From NCBI GenBank assembly GCA_963693365.1, contig CAVNZM010000012.1, positions 2,666,001 to 2,730,000 of the forward strand: 64,000 bases of DNA, given 5' to 3'. The position numbers and the translations under genes are program-made. Position 1 is the first letter of the stretch. Each line of letters begins with the position of its first letter. Shown piece by piece: positions 39,949 to 56,553 of this stretch. The notes under the pieces are model-generated. The model saw only the letters and a program-made list of their open reading frames with translations. It searched no databases and was not told where the DNA came from. The DNA is from Amoebidium appalachense. Lineage: Eukaryota; Protista; Ichthyosporea.

Positions 39949-42370
39949 ATGGGGCCAAAAAGAGCGGATGCCAAGGTTGTTTCTGCCACCAGCGTCACTC
40001 TCAGGCCCAGACGCACACAGCTAGAGAGCAAAACGTCCGATTTAGTAACCCATGCTCCTGTTAAGACTTCAACAAAGAAGAAGGTGCCTTTGACCCAAAT
40101 CTCTGCCCTGTTTGATAGCGCATAGAATACCCAGAGACGTTTTTTTTGTTTTAGCACTACTCTATCATAGCCTCCGGTTATTTTATTACGTATGCCCCTC
40201 ACTATTCATTCTCAGGTCGTTCTTCGCATCACCAACCCCTCCCCGCACATGTCTCTCCTCTCCCCTCCTCCCCTCCCCCCGCCCTAGCCCTCCCCTACCT
40301 TCCCATGGAGCATGATGCCTCAGCAAGTATAATCTTTTTCCTCCTGCCCCCCCCCCCCCCCCCTCCCCCCCGCCCCCCCCCCCCTCCCCCCCTCCCCCCC
40401 CCCCCCCCCCCCCCCTGAAGCGTAGGTACATGCAGGTTCCTCATGGGCTTGTTTGTGTTCAAGTTCTGAATGCAACAAGAACAAGATTCACCTATGCATA
40501 TGACTGTCATAATTACAGGGACATCGTGGGATACTTTTTGGACACGGCTGATGATCGGTTCAAGTGAAGTGGCACATAAGAAACCTCCCCTGGTTGTTTT
40601 GTTTTCTTTTACCTGCTTGTCCAGGTGCCTTGCAACTTTGAAACTCAAACGGATCACACGAACCAAAGATCTCTCTCCCTTTACCCCCCCCCCCCCCCCT
40701 CTCCCCCCCCCCCCTCCCCCCCCCCCTCCCCCCTCCCCCCCCCCTCTCCCCTTCCCCCTCCCCCCCCTGAAACAGCATCTGATTTGGGTTTCGTTAACGA
40801 GGTGAATAGGTCGAAACTCGGGTACTGTGGATGACGTGGCCCCCCCCTGAGGATGGGCTCTGCTTATTATGCATTTTCTTTATGTATGGCTTGCATTCTG
40901 CATCGTGTTATCCGTTTGTTCTTGTGTACTTCGTACTTTTTGACGCATTCAAACCCCCCCCCCCCCCCCCCCTTCCCCCCCCCCCCGTTTTCTCACTGTT
41001 CCCTTTGCACTCAGAGTGTGCTTGTAATTCCACCGTCAAAACGGTCCTCCACAAAGGGCACGATCACAGGAGTACTGCCTATAGCAAAAGCAACGGCTAC
41101 GGGCAAGGTTTTGCGCAAAAATAGAACCACAATTGTCAAAAAAGGCAAGAGTACAATTTCCCAAAAAGGCAAGCCGGCTGCGCCTGCTGCTGTCTCGACC
41201 GATATGTTCTTTGCCTTTCCCGTAGCCCTCACACGTGCAACCATCCTGGCTCGGCCGAATCGGTTTATTATGGAAGTTAAGGTGCAACCCCGCCCCCCCC
41301 CTCCCTCATCCCCCTGCCAAAGAAGAGGGAAAAGAAAACAAAAAAAAGAAAAACACATACACACACATGAGCACATGCATGCATGCAGCCACTTAGCGTG
41401 GGCACGCGCGCGCGCGCGCACACACACACATCACAAACACACACCGTGTACTGAGCAATACGTGTAGTCTCATTCTAATGCCGGTCCTTGCCATTACTAT
41501 TCTTTGTCGCTTTCCTGCATCAAAAGGAGCTTGAGTGATTATGGACACACTAAATGGTGGTTTGGTGGAGGTGTTTCGATGATTGTATGGTGATGGCGTG
41601 TGGATGGGGGTATTTGAAGTGGGGAAGGCAGAGAGAGATAGAGGGGGTAGGGTGAGTGTGTGTGTGTGTTTGGGGGAGTTAGGGGGAGGCCGGGGGGGGG
41701 GGGGGGGGGGGGGGGGGAATACTTCGGGGGTCTTGTCTGGGGAAAGGGGGGGGGGGGGGGGGGGGAAGATTACAAAGTGGAATCGAAGAGATACGGAAAG
41801 GGAGGCAGTCGAGGAACGGGTCGGGAAGTAGGAACCAGGAAGGATTGAGTACAGAGCAATAGAAGTGCATGCAAGAAGCCCCCCCCTCCCCCCCCCCCCC
41901 CCCCCCCCCCCCCAAAAAAAAGGGGGGGGGGGGGGGGGGGGGGGGGGGGAGGAGGATATGATTAGACTACATGGCAGGGTGGTGGGTGATGCCGTTAAAA
42001 CGCTATTCCCCCCTCGCCTCCCCCCCGAAAAATAAATAAATAAATTAATAAAATGATGAAAAATCTGACCGGGTACCTCCGTATTATGGGTTTAGGTAGG
42101 GTCTACGACATATCGATGCCACTGCCCCTGCACTGTGAAAATCGGGCCACTGAAATTTAAGTCGGTAGCGCCATGTTTGGTGAGTGCAGCCGTGCCGGGC
42201 AGGGCTACACCTTACACAGTCGAAGCCGTGGCGGAAAGCGAAATTACGCTCAAATCTCACGGGTGGATCGGAATCAACCAGACAAGAGCCAATCGATATT
42301 TTGAGCATTTTTTGACTGCTGGTGCATTTCCATTGTTGACGGTGCATGGGAGCTCGGCCAAAAGGTGAGT

Positions 42371-42441
<71 letters not shown>

Positions 42442-42843
42442 CTTACGTGTGCTTCGTTTTCTTCTGTATTGTCTCGACGTGGATGTCATATTGCTCGTGT
42501 TGTGGAACATACAGGGGATGTGGGGGGAGGGGGGGGAGGGGGGGGGGGGGTTTCGGGAGTTAAAGGGGAGGGGTTTTGGGGGGAATATGTATGATTGATG
42601 CAATGGTCATTTATGCCGCCCATATCGTTGATTGCAGATTGGAAAAAGTGGTGAGATGAATGTTAGTGATAGTGTGTGTGTGTGTGTGAATGTGTGTGTG
42701 TTTTGGGGGGGGGGGGGGGGGGGGGGGTCACATGTCCGCACTGTATGTGCATGTGTGTTTGTGTTTCCATGCTTGTGTGTTTTTTTTCACGTTTGCAGCC
42801 ACAGAGAGAGGGGAGGGGGGCGGGGGAGGGGGGGCGGGGGAGG

Positions 42844-42890
<47 letters not shown>

Positions 42891-42988
42891 TTCCTCTTCT
42901 TCGTATTTGAACTGCCTCTCTCTCTCTCTCTCTCTCTTTTCTTTATGGCTAAAAGCAGGCTGTGGCTCTCGTATACCTTCTAGGCTGT

Positions 42989-43068
<80 letters not shown>

Positions 43069-43339
43069 CACACACACACCTACACACACGTAGATATGTA
43101 CACACATGCACGCGTGCACACAGGCATACACACGTACACCACACATACATATACAGCTACACACCCAGAACACACATATGCATACTTTTTTTCGGCACAT
43201 CACACCGATATGCAAACGAACGCACTAATAACCCTCCCCCACCCCTCCCCCACTTCTCCCTCCCTTTCTCTTCCTTCAAACACCGATACACACACGCACA
43301 AACGTCCGTGTGCTCACATTCACACACACACACACACAC

Positions 43340-43377
<38 letters not shown>

Positions 43378-43814
43378 GCAGAGAGCGCAAGCTTGGAGAC
43401 AGTCGCATCGATTTTATCGTCCCAGACGACAACCTCTTCATCGAACTGAAAACCCCCCTAGAATTGCACCAACACCCTCTGTACAGCGCTGCAAATGCGT
43501 ACACAAAGGGGGTTCCTCAGGCGACATATTTCGAACGTCTGATTAAACATTTTGACCAATTGCGCGACCACGTTACCAAATCGGATGGACGCGCCGCAGT
43601 TGTCCTGTGCTACATCTATCCTGCGGTGAAATTTGTGCCACCTGAGATAATCGGGAAGACGGATCGTGAGATTGAGATCGGGAAGAAAATTAGGCTTGCG
43701 GCCGAGGCTGCGTCCAATGCCGGGGTGGAAATGTGGCAGGTGAATATGGAAATTGGGCCCACGGGGGTACATATGAAGGAATATTTTAGGCTTGACCTCT
43801 ACCCAAAGGAATAG
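39949..43814 (+). CDS. sfsA: SfsA (sugar fermentation stimulation A)-family PD-(D/E)xK nuclease-like protein with basic N-terminal extension, spliced
   Basis: Exons 39949-40083 (tentative), 41015-41281, 42096-42364 and 43382-43814. SfsA motifs RPNRF, CHCPCT, T.YTVEA, WIGINQ..AN, SRIDF, FIELK and R.IKH. Confidence 0.85.
40768..40953 (+). repeat. Structured dispersed repeat, copy B (short subfamily), in the putative first SfsA intron
   Basis: Aligns along its length with 61645-61829. Shares the blocks TCTGA.TTGG, GGTCGAAAC, CCCTGAGGATGGGCTCTGC, GTACTTCGTAC and CGCATTCA with copies A and C. Confidence 0.88.
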
Positions 43815-43908
43815 TTCAGGGAGTGGTGCGGTATTCACTGTGGATTGCTCTGCAGTAGGAGATTTCCAACTCTTTTTGAAAGGTCTTGGGGTTTTTTTTT
43901 TTTTTTTT

Positions 43909-43952
<44 letters not shown>

Positions 43953-44215
43953 CTAGGCCAACTAAAGCATAAGAGTTAATAAAACAGTTAAGTTTACAAA
44001 ACAGTAAAGTTAATAGAACAGAACGAATTAGAACACTGCCGCGGCATCGGTGTTGCTATAGCTATCTGCTCTGTGTAATAATGTGCGTTTGTGCGTGTGT
44101 GCGAGTGTGTTTTAGGGGAGGGGGCCGGCATGAGAAACAGTGCAGGACTAATCGAGGCAATAATTCAAAGTCAACATCAACAACACAAGCAGAGCTCATC
44201 CTCAGGGGGGACCCA

Positions 44216-44268
<53 letters not shown>

Positions 44269-44278
44269 GGGGAGGGAA

Positions 44279-44310
<32 letters not shown>

Positions 44311-45117
44311 ATCATGAAACCTAATGAAGGTGCATTCATTTATCAAAATTGTGTTCAATATTCATATTCACGTTTTAATGACGTTTATAGTGTACCATTG
44401 GAGGTATGAATGTGAAACTACCGGCACTGCAAGCCTGTATATATATCCAATAAAGACATCTGTATAGAAACAAGTGTGTTGAAGCCTTCGAGCAACTTTT
44501 AATGTAACATTGGAACAAATATATCCCTTGAATTTACATCATTGAACCCCTGCAAGAGTTACAAAACGAGCAGGGTGGAATTGCACATATACAAACATGG
44601 CATGCATTGGTAGCGTTCACAATCAAACAAAGCATTTAATTTAATTTGAACATCTTTAAAAAATTAAAGAGTGCCCTGGTACTTGCACATCTACACATAC
44701 CCCCTGGTGCCTTAGGGTTACTGCGTCATTACACAACAATCACAGTCGTTACTTGAATACAGAGAACGCATCAGATATATTAACAGAGTTTACTACCACA
44801 ACACAAGAAACTATAACATCACAGCCATGTTTAGCTTGCAGGCTGAGAGCGTTATACACCCACCCCACACAATCTACCATCCATTCATCTCCTCACACGC
44901 GCCCCCTCACACAGGCACAAACTAGAAGGAAAGCTTGTTTTCCAAGCTTCCATCAAAACCAAAGTATGAAAAGCACCAACGGCACGAACTCACACACGCA
45001 CACCCACCCACCCACCCACCCAACCACCCACCCACCCACACACACACGCACACCCGCCCACCCCCATTCACCCACACCCACACACACGTATACACACACA
45101 CACCCACACACACACTA

Positions 45118-48610
<3,493 letters not shown>

Positions 48611-49712
48611 TCTGGTTCAGAGAAATGTAGGGGTACCTTAACTGGTAAGGGCGTTTCAAAGAAAGGGAAAACCGGAAGGAAAGGTCCGAAGAAGAAACTG
48701 AGCACGGCAAGTTTGGTAAAAAAAAAAGCTACAAAACCAACCCAAGGAGTACCTGAAAATCAACCTATACACGTTTTGAAACAAAAAAAAATAGTCTCTT
48801 TCTTAGAAGAAGCATGACCAACCCAAACTGACACACCCGATGTTTCCTCGAAATCAGAAGACTGACTTAGACTGAGAGAATGTCGCGCTACTCTACCGTA
48901 GGGTCACAGATTCCTGTGTGGCATGGTGCCCACACCTACAAGCTGATACTAAACCAATGAAATATATCTAAATCTAATAATAGCCAAAAAAAAGTTAACT
49001 CTTTTTTGAGTAGTGCATGATTCCTTGGAGCTCCGATTGGAGCAACGGCATCAAACGATACATGATTGGAGCTTAGGAACTGGCTGCTATTTGCCGACGG
49101 CCGTAAACGTCACTAGTAAGACTTGCCCACTGGGTGTCGGCCAGGGAGGCCTCAAGGTTGTCAAGGTTGGTGGTGTCGGCCAGGCTACGCTTATCTGCCA
49201 GCGTGTGAATTTTCACAAGTTTTAATAAAGAACGACAAATATTTGCTTTAACCGCATTATAAATTAGCTTAAGGCGGCGCATCGACCACAAACAGGGGCA
49301 ACGTGGGAGCGATTGTGCTGTGTTTGTGTGCTTCGTGTGTGTGTGTGCACGTGCACGTATGTGTGTGTGTGGGGGGGGGGGGGGGGGGGGGGGGGGAAGG
49401 AGGGAGAGGGGGGGCAGCCATATATATGTAACAAACTCAGGAGGATTTGAACACATCTTGGTGGCAAGCCTGCTTTATTCTGTTTGAATGAATGTAGCCA
49501 GATCCTGGATGAAATCAGCTTGCGGTACGAAAACGCCGCTGTGGTGTTCGTCTCTCTTTCCACCATCCACTTCTCTAGAAAAACAGTTGTCTAGGCTAAT
49601 AAAACTGCCTAATACGTTCTTTCGCTAGCGTGCTCTCCTTAAGTAACTGGTACTGGCTTTACATTCAGCAATGGCTTTACACAATCTAACTACGAGAACA
49701 ACTCTTTATCGG

Positions 49713-50620
49713 CTACCTTTGCTTTTTCTGAAACCTTGCAAGCCGTGCTGCCCTCACGTCGTCTATCGTGTGGTGTAACTCAGTCTCAGAATGTGGTCCT
49801 GCCTCCTCCGTATAGCTTTCACTCTCGGTATAATTGTTCCTTCCGGTTGGATCTGGCGAGTTCATCCTTCGTGCCCTTCCACCATCATCATCATCTAAGT
49901 GCACCCTGTGAACGTGTTCATTCAACTCATCACCCGTCTCAGCTCGGTAGTTGCATCCCGGAAAAATGCATCTGCTCTCACCGCTCGTTCCCTCATCTGG
50001 ATGACTCGTGCTACCCCGTGGCATGCTGGGTGCTCTGTATCCAGAAGTTCTTGGCGGCCCTGCCACACGGTGAGCACGTGGCTCACTTGGCCGGATTGGC
50101 ACACTACTGAATATGCCGCAAAGAGAATGTAGCGGGGATTCCAGTACGCCTGCGCGTGGGTTGTTGTCAGAAATGTCGAGTGTGTGGGTAAAGATGCCCG
50201 TGGTTTCTGAGTTCAGTATTACAACCAAATTCCAAGCAACCTTACTGTGATGTTCAGAGCAACATACGTAGATTCTTTGAAACTACCACCTCAATACCGA
50301 GGTGTTCAGAGTAACATACGTGGGACTACCAACGTAGCCCAAACCACATGTACACCAGATTCCAAAAGGCTCTTTCGTTCAGCTTGCAGCTCTTGTGATT
50401 AGCGCCTCACCTGAACTGAGTAGCAGGCCGGCAAGAATGCCCGCCAGGTGGCCCAGAAAGGACACGTTTGGGGTGATGACTTGAATCAGCACCAGTTCCA
50501 CCTGCAAAGCCATGTCAATATGTGCATGGCTAAAAGTGCCTATTCCGCCCAGCGGGTGGGTTATTCGGCTGGAGTGGGGTACTTGCGCCGGGAAGGGGAG
50601 CGGGGGGAGGGGAGGCAGGA

Positions 50621-50657
<37 letters not shown>

Positions 50658-51933
50658 TTAGCAGGAAGCCGAGCATGGTGAAGGGACAGGGCAGGAGTGC
50701 CTGGAGCCTCATATACTCAACATGTGAAAATTTGCCTGGTATGGCTTCTACCCCCATTCCTGCATATACTGAAAAACACTATAAAGCCTAAACGGGTGGG
50801 AGCAGTGGGACGAGAGGGGGTGGCAGCGGGGATAGAGCGAGGGAAAGGAGGAGGGGGGGGGGAGGGGGGGGGAGGGGAGGGGAGGGGAAGAAGCGATTGC
50901 TACAACTTGTCTAGCTCAAACACTTAGTGGTCAGTTAGAGCGCAACACACACCGCAGGGCACCTACCCAGAACACGTAGTGGTGGGACATGGTGAAGCCA
51001 AACACACGGCTGCTGCCTCCTGGGTCCTCCTTGGCCAACAACACCTGCGCATGAAAAATGTGCCAGCAGATGCACTGTTAGCAAATTTAAAAAAAAAAAA
51101 GGGGGGGGGGGGGGGGGGGGGGGGGGGAGAAGAAGGGGGGGAAGGGGGGGGGGGGGGGGGGGGGCACAGTTATTTCAGCCAACTTTGGCGCTACAAGGAA
51201 CCACCAACACCGTCCAAGGCTGAGAAGGGGGACTCTTATCAAAGGACATGGCGGAAGGAGAGGATGAGCACTGATTCCCAAACTTGATGGAACCATTAAC
51301 TCCGGGGGAGGGAGAAAGAGAAGTGGGGGGAGGAGGGGGGGGGGGGGGGGAAGGGGGGAGGACCTGGGGGAGGCGGAGGGATCGAGGAGGAGGAGGAAGG
51401 GGGGAGGGGGGTCACACCTTCATGCCAAAGAGAACACCGGAAAACCCCACCGCACAGTCGGGGCCCACCAGAGGTGCATAAGGCCCATATATAGCAACCA
51501 GCACAGATACTAGAACCACGTAGAAGGCTCCAGAAAGCACCACAAGGGCAGCAATAGTGGCAGCATAGCGCACGGGGCCGTAGCGGGGCTCCAAAATACG
51601 ACCCTTCCACGCCAAGCTAGACATGTTGTAATACAGGTGGTAATCATCCCCGTGTAGAAAGGCAGAAAGAAAAAGACGATACCACTGTCCCCGACGAAGG
51701 ATCATGTTTGCGCTGATGCATGCTTCCTGAAGTGATGGTATATGCATGTCTGCAGGATTTATGAAAATGTATGACTGCAGCGCTATTAGAGCTAGTGTAA
51801 CAGATGGGATATTTTCAAGTCCTATCTGCATCAGCTGCATGACTAGCATATACACACCAAACCCACCCCGACTTCGGCCACGCCCCCTGCCTGAGACAGG
51901 AAGGCCTCGGCCCATGCCCGGAAGACGAAACAT
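49713..51933 (-). CDS. RHBDD1: Rhomboid protease, RHBDL4/RHBDD1-like, 4 exons
   Basis: Exons 51933-51418, 51044-50967, 50501-50411 and 50149-49713. WYRL, HLYYNM, catalytic GFSGV and GHLAG, and a C-terminal VCP-binding-like DVRAARLARF. Confidence 0.92.
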
Positions 51934-52290
51934 GGCTACGTAACTTCTAAAGAGTTTAAGTAAAGTTTATATCCGTGCTACCCGATATAAGCTTCTTAAG
52001 GGCATAACTAGTTTGTACCCGTGCTACAAAAACGGATTACTTGCAGACGATCTTCAAGGCAAACCGAAATTTCAAAGCACATGAGCTTTGCGAGGTAGGT
52101 AGGTTTGTGAGACTGGCAAAACAATAATCATGCCCTTATTTGGCTATATCACGTCTTATGCTCAGAATCGCACTCACGCAGGAGTCAGTGAACTGCCCCT
52201 AAACCTTGGCACCACAAAGACGTGAATGTGTTGTTGTGATCGTGACATGCCACCTATGTAAATACATATAGGCTCCTTCCCAGGCCAAAC

Positions 52291-52324
52291 GTTCGACTCC
52301 CGAGGATTTCAGTTGATGACGTCA
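52291..52324. promoter_or_regulatory. Isolated B-box-like motif and CRE palindrome in the divergent rhomboid/DCAF11 intergenic region
   Basis: GTTCGACTCC at 52291-52300 and TGACGTCA at 52317-52324. Motif match only. Confidence 0.3.
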
Positions 52325-53705
52325 CCAGTTTGGTGCTGATTAAGCCAACCAGATCAACTTTCTTTAAGCCATATTTGGGGCTTTTCGTACACGTTTTGCC
52401 CAATCACTGACGGGTCCTAATAGCCCTGTTTGGCATTCTTCGGCTCCCCAGCATTGTGGAAAAGGTGAGATAATCTTACCAGGAGTATGCCTCGGACGGG
52501 GACAAAAGAAAAAGAATTTATACTGCGTGGAAAAAGGCTTTTTTTTTGTTTAGGCTCTGCTGCTCGCACCATTGCCGCTACACTCTGTGCAATTCACAAA
52601 CTCAGGCCGTTTATCGCTTTAGCTTTCGATTTCCCTGAGGTGTTCAGTTTGGGTGTAGGGAGATTGCTGAGCCACTTGTTCCTTTTGATTGGTTGACAGA
52701 CAGATGGGGTGTAAAAAAAAATGGGTCACTCAGCTTCTCACAGCCGTGACGGCCGCAACATATCACCCATTACCTGCTACCGGTACCACACCTAATAAAG
52801 TGTAGTACTTTTTGTTATACTTCGAGTTCAAGAAGCGAGGTCTGAAGATGCTGCGTTACCTCAGCTTGTAAGTAAACACTCTTACACCTCTAGAGGCCTC
52901 AAAAAGATTTCTGCTACAAGCTTGATGATGAGTGCATGCCTGCTCTGCAGCTGTGCCAAGTCAACACTCGTATGCGTGGCTATGCACGTTTCCTGTTTAT
53001 TAGCGCCTTTGCAGATAGCACAATACATTTGCTTGTACTCCGCTTCTTCCCTCCCCTCCTTCCCCTCGCCCTTATCTCACTCTCCGTGCCTGCCCAAGCC
53101 CCCCTCTCCCCCCTCCCCCCTCCCCCAACCCCTCGCCCCCCCCCCCCCCTCTCCCCATGCACACCGTATAAAACAACACGCACAAATTACTTCTCCTTGT
53201 CTTGGAGTTACACCTATATACTCTTTCGCACGTATGTTTTTTTCAGAAAAAGCGCCGGATTTTTGGCATGCCTTGTGTCTGGTTAGTGCCGGTGTTGCCC
53301 CTCCACTTCACCACTCGGCAACCTCGCCACCACTAACTACTCCCCCCTCCCCCCCTCCCCCCCCCCCCTCCCCCCCCCCCCCCCCCCCCCCCCCCCCGCC
53401 GCCGCCGCCGCCCCCGCCCCCGCCTCCGCCTCCCCTCCACGCTTGCCCCCACTCTGCTGTCTTCCTTGCTCAGTTTTTATGCTTCAATTGACCCCTTTAG
53501 TTATGCATCACATCTTCAGCTTGAATAACGTGCAAACAAGACACCTGGACCCAGCCACCACACCACTTACACCGCACTCCTATTCTTCTCATAGTTACTT
53601 CTACTACACCATAGTGCTCGCCGTGTAGAATTTTTGTTTTCCAAATGCTTCCTAACCCCATATTTTACACTTAAAATGGTTGGAAAAAACACAAAATGCT
53701 CACAT

Positions 53706-53742
<37 letters not shown>

Positions 53743-53799
53743 ACACACGCGCGCGCACACACACATGTAACACGCGCACACGGGCCCTTTACTCAAACA

Positions 53800-53865
<66 letters not shown>

Positions 53866-53979
53866 TACACGCATATACACACCTACACACACCTACACAC
53901 ATACACACACGTACACACACACACACCTCGCTTCTGTTGCATCACATATGTGATAACTACACGCACACACTGACCCCCC

Positions 53980-54011
<32 letters not shown>

Positions 54012-54012
54012 G

Positions 54013-54045
<33 letters not shown>

Positions 54046-54074
54046 ACAACACACACACACACACACGTACACAG

Positions 54075-54417
54075 ACCATGCCAACCATGACCAGGAGGAC
54101 CTCTCAGTGATGACGTACCGTGGCCACTCTGTCCTTCGCACTCTCATCCGTGCACGTTTCAGCCCCCCTTCACCACTGGAGAGAGATACGTCTACTCCGG
54201 CTCATTTCAAGGAAACGTTCACAGTGAGTCATTTTGAAAACGTCCTCCTCCTTCCACCTTCCCCCTCCACACCCCTTCACCCCCCTCCCTTCCCCTTCGG
54301 TCGTTTGTCCGTCTGCCTCCCTGCCTGTTCCCCCCCATCTCTCTCTCTTCTCTCTCCCCCCCCCCCCCCTCCGGCTTCCCTTCCCCTCTGGCAAAGGATA
54401 TACACACGTGTGCCCGG

Positions 54418-54482
<65 letters not shown>

Positions 54483-55183
54483 CACGCGCACACGCACGCA
54501 TGAGCCCACGTGTGAACACACATGTTTGCCTCTCTTCTCACGCCTTCCCACTCATCTTTTTTCCCTTGGAGTGGGTCATTCCTTTTGCACAAATTATCAA
54601 CACGACATAGCAACTGATCGATTGAATACTTGAATACTTATACGTACCACACTTGTTCAAATCACAATACCAGGCCTAAAAAACGGATGGGGTAACCTTG
54701 CATTTAACCAAAATAACGAAAAGAACCCAGTCGTGTAATTATTAGCTCACTATAAAATTAACAACGAGTCAATATATATTATGGATCCACACTTGGTCAC
54801 ACTATTAGAGTTGACACACTCGATGTAACTGCATAAGCCTACACTGATCTGACCCGACCAACCCACACCCGCAGTTTGGGATGTGTTGACCGGCAAACAA
54901 GTCACCGTCCTGTCTGGACACATATCCTGCCAGCCCCTCCTTTCCCCCTCCCCTCCCCCCGCCCCCCCCCTTCCCCTTACTCCTTGAGACTGCTTCCACT
55001 CAAACCCTGAAAGTGACTTTTTTTTTCTTCTCTGCTCCATTCTCTCATCCCTTCCCCCCCCCCCCCCACCCCTCCCCTTCCCCCCCCCCTCCCCCTCCTC
55101 CCCCGTCCCCCTCCTTGACCCCTCATCAACATAGAGGGTTTCCTTTCGGTTATCCTTTTAGTGTAATGGTGGACAGAAAGACC

Positions 55184-55216
<33 letters not shown>

Positions 55217-55593
55217 CGGGGGATAGGAATGGAGAGACAGGCGGAGGGATGAAGGGAGCTCGAGGGAAGAGGTGAGAGAGAGAGAGGGAGGGGGGGGGGG
55301 GGGGGGGGGGAGAGAGGTAGAGAGCGAGAGAATAAGAGAGAGGGAGGGTCAGAGGGTGATAAAGCGGCAGGAGGGAAGATAATGGGGAGGGGAAGGGAGG
55401 GAGACATTGTTTGGGGGGGGGGGGGGGGGGGGGGGTATGTGCTACGTGATTACAACGGCAGGTATGGAGATGAGCAAACAGGGAAAACAAATTGATAAGC
55501 CTATGAACGAGCCCAGGCAGGGTAGAGGGGCGGGGAGTGAGGAGAAGGGGAGGGGTTAGGAAGGGGAAAGGGGGGAGGGAGAGGAGGGGGGAA

Positions 55594-55627
<34 letters not shown>

Positions 55628-56553
55628 TGTGCAGGTTTCACTGTCCATCTCGTATAGCCTGCAATCCATGCCGGTAGGATGCAGATTTCCTTCTTTGCTC
55701 TAACATGATGTTTTGTTTGCATAAGAATGTCACACATACGTGGATGTTTTGTGTCCTATAGTCCCATAAATAAACGAGTATAAGTTGTGCACCAATATTG
55801 CATATCTACTAACAATGGAGACACAAAGTTTTTCCTTCACCTTCCACACAATCAGACAGTGCGTGATGTGTCCTGGCACCCATTCAACAACTCTATCGTG
55901 TCTTCCTCGGTACCATCCCCCCCCCCCCCCCCCCCAACCCAACCCATCCTCTCCTCCCCTCTCTCCTTTGTCAGTAAATCCGACAAACTTTAACCGACAT
56001 TGTAGCCCAGCCCCCTTCTTCTCTTTGGACATGTTCTGACCCCCCCCCCCCCCCCCCCTCCATCCCCTCCCCCTCCTCCCACCACCACCACCCACCCCTC
56101 ACCCTTCCCCTCTTCTTCCCTCAATCCCCCCCCCCCCCCCCCCTCTTTTCCCCCTCGGGATGCGCCCTCCTTCCCGCACGGCTTATCCCCTCATATACTT
56201 TGCAATTAATAAGGCATTTGACGAAAGCTAGCACTTATGACACAAAGGCTTTGACATTTCATCTCTGGCCGGCTGCACAAGTTTCGTGTCAATCTTGCTT
56301 GTGGCTTTGCTCATTTGCACTCACCAGGTCCCTCTTCTGCCCTCACCCCCCCCCCCCCCCCCCCTCCCCCCCCTCCCCTTGGTCCTTTCCCGGAGGATGG
56401 ATTCTGCGCACATTGCATACGGCACTTGTTGCTGATGTTGCCTAGTTCAATGTTTTCCTTGACATGTCTTGCACCGTGTTTCTCAACTGTGTTCCGCATT
56501 CTAACCCCCCTTCACCTCCCCCTTCCTGCTCCGGACCCACCCAATGACCCACT

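Noticed and set aside
40778-40862. Hammerhead ribozyme in the repeat family (CTGAGGA, CGAAAC and GUA-like motifs)
   Set aside because: GAAA precedes CUGANGA, and no type I, II or III arrangement gives a paired stem I. The GUH site is absent in copies A and C.
52130-52160. U2 snRNA-like 5' sequence
   Set aside because: Lacks the contiguous GTGTAGTA branch-recognition sequence and an Sm site.
54163-54168. Programmed frameshift or pseudogenisation in DCAF11
   Set aside because: A single missing C in a C6 run is the typical long-read consensus error, and the flanking codons are conserved.
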